Origin: Diplonema japonicum
Taxonomy: Eukaryota; Protista; Euglenozoa: Diplonemea
Direction: 5' to 3'
NCBI GenBank assembly: GCA_964019335.1
Contig: OZ025711.1
Span: forward strand, 434,001 to 498,000
DNA: 64,000 bases
Both the position numbers and the translations under genes were made by a program. Shown here piece by piece: positions 63,867-64,000 of the stretch; position 1 is the stretch's first letter, and every line of letters starts with the position of its first letter. The notes under the pieces were generated by a model. That model worked only from the letters and a program-made list of their open reading frames with translations. It searched no databases and was not told the DNA's origin.

Positions 63867-64000
63867 ACGTTGTGGTGGGAACTGTACTGGACGGGAGAAA
63901 AAAAAAAGAAAAAAAAAATGTCCCTTGTCACCACTGTTGTACTCGGCGTTGGTAGGACTCAAAAAAAAAAAAAAAAAAAAAAAAAACTGTTGTTTGCTCT

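Noticed and set aside
1-64000. Genome-wide reassignment of UGA
   Set aside because: TGA ends many complete genes here (8027, 12355, 18264, 31091, 47518, 59518), and long genes use TGG for Trp without internal TGA.
62110-64000. Poly-Lys/poly-Phe ORFs here and in other spacers
   Set aside because: Translations of A/T homopolymer tracts with no protein-like content.

Overview
Eukaryotic, gene-dense 64 kb window. Every supported gene (about 25 protein genes plus one tRNA-Pro) lies on the minus strand, often only 80-140 bp apart, and intergenic DNA is dominated by poly(A)/poly(T)/poly(G) tracts. One-strand gene clusters, AG acceptor-like sites just upstream of ATGs, short GT-AG introns and the ribosomal protein sequences suggest a euglenozoan, most likely diplonemid-like (inference). 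Contents: axonemal dynein heavy chain (runs off the left edge), P4-ATPase flippase, alpha/beta hydrolase, AIR9-like Ig-repeat protein, DedA-like membrane protein, FAD-oxidase/methyltransferase fusion, ankyrin-kinase-ankyrin protein, PhoD-like protein, two RPL27a copies, Sec7/BIG ARF-GEF, RPL3, ataxin-10-like protein, argininosuccinate lyase, CCCH protein, bacterial-type GST, TANGO6-like protein, NIF phosphatase, V-ATPase subunit e, F-box protein and a helical-repeat protein. The main finding is a tandem pair of GILT thiol-reductase genes. In both, the first Cys of the CxxC active site is an in-frame TGA (U-P-A-C and U-P-G-C), and both are followed about 300 nt downstream by a conserved structured element with a SECIS-type UGA/GA core but an unusually long apical extension. 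They are probable selenoproteins with a non-canonical SECIS. Also notable: 29-84 nt introns, several with poly(A) in place of a polypyrimidine tract, and a palindromic-motif element in a 4.7 kb gene-free stretch. All structures and homologies were judged by eye; no searches were run.
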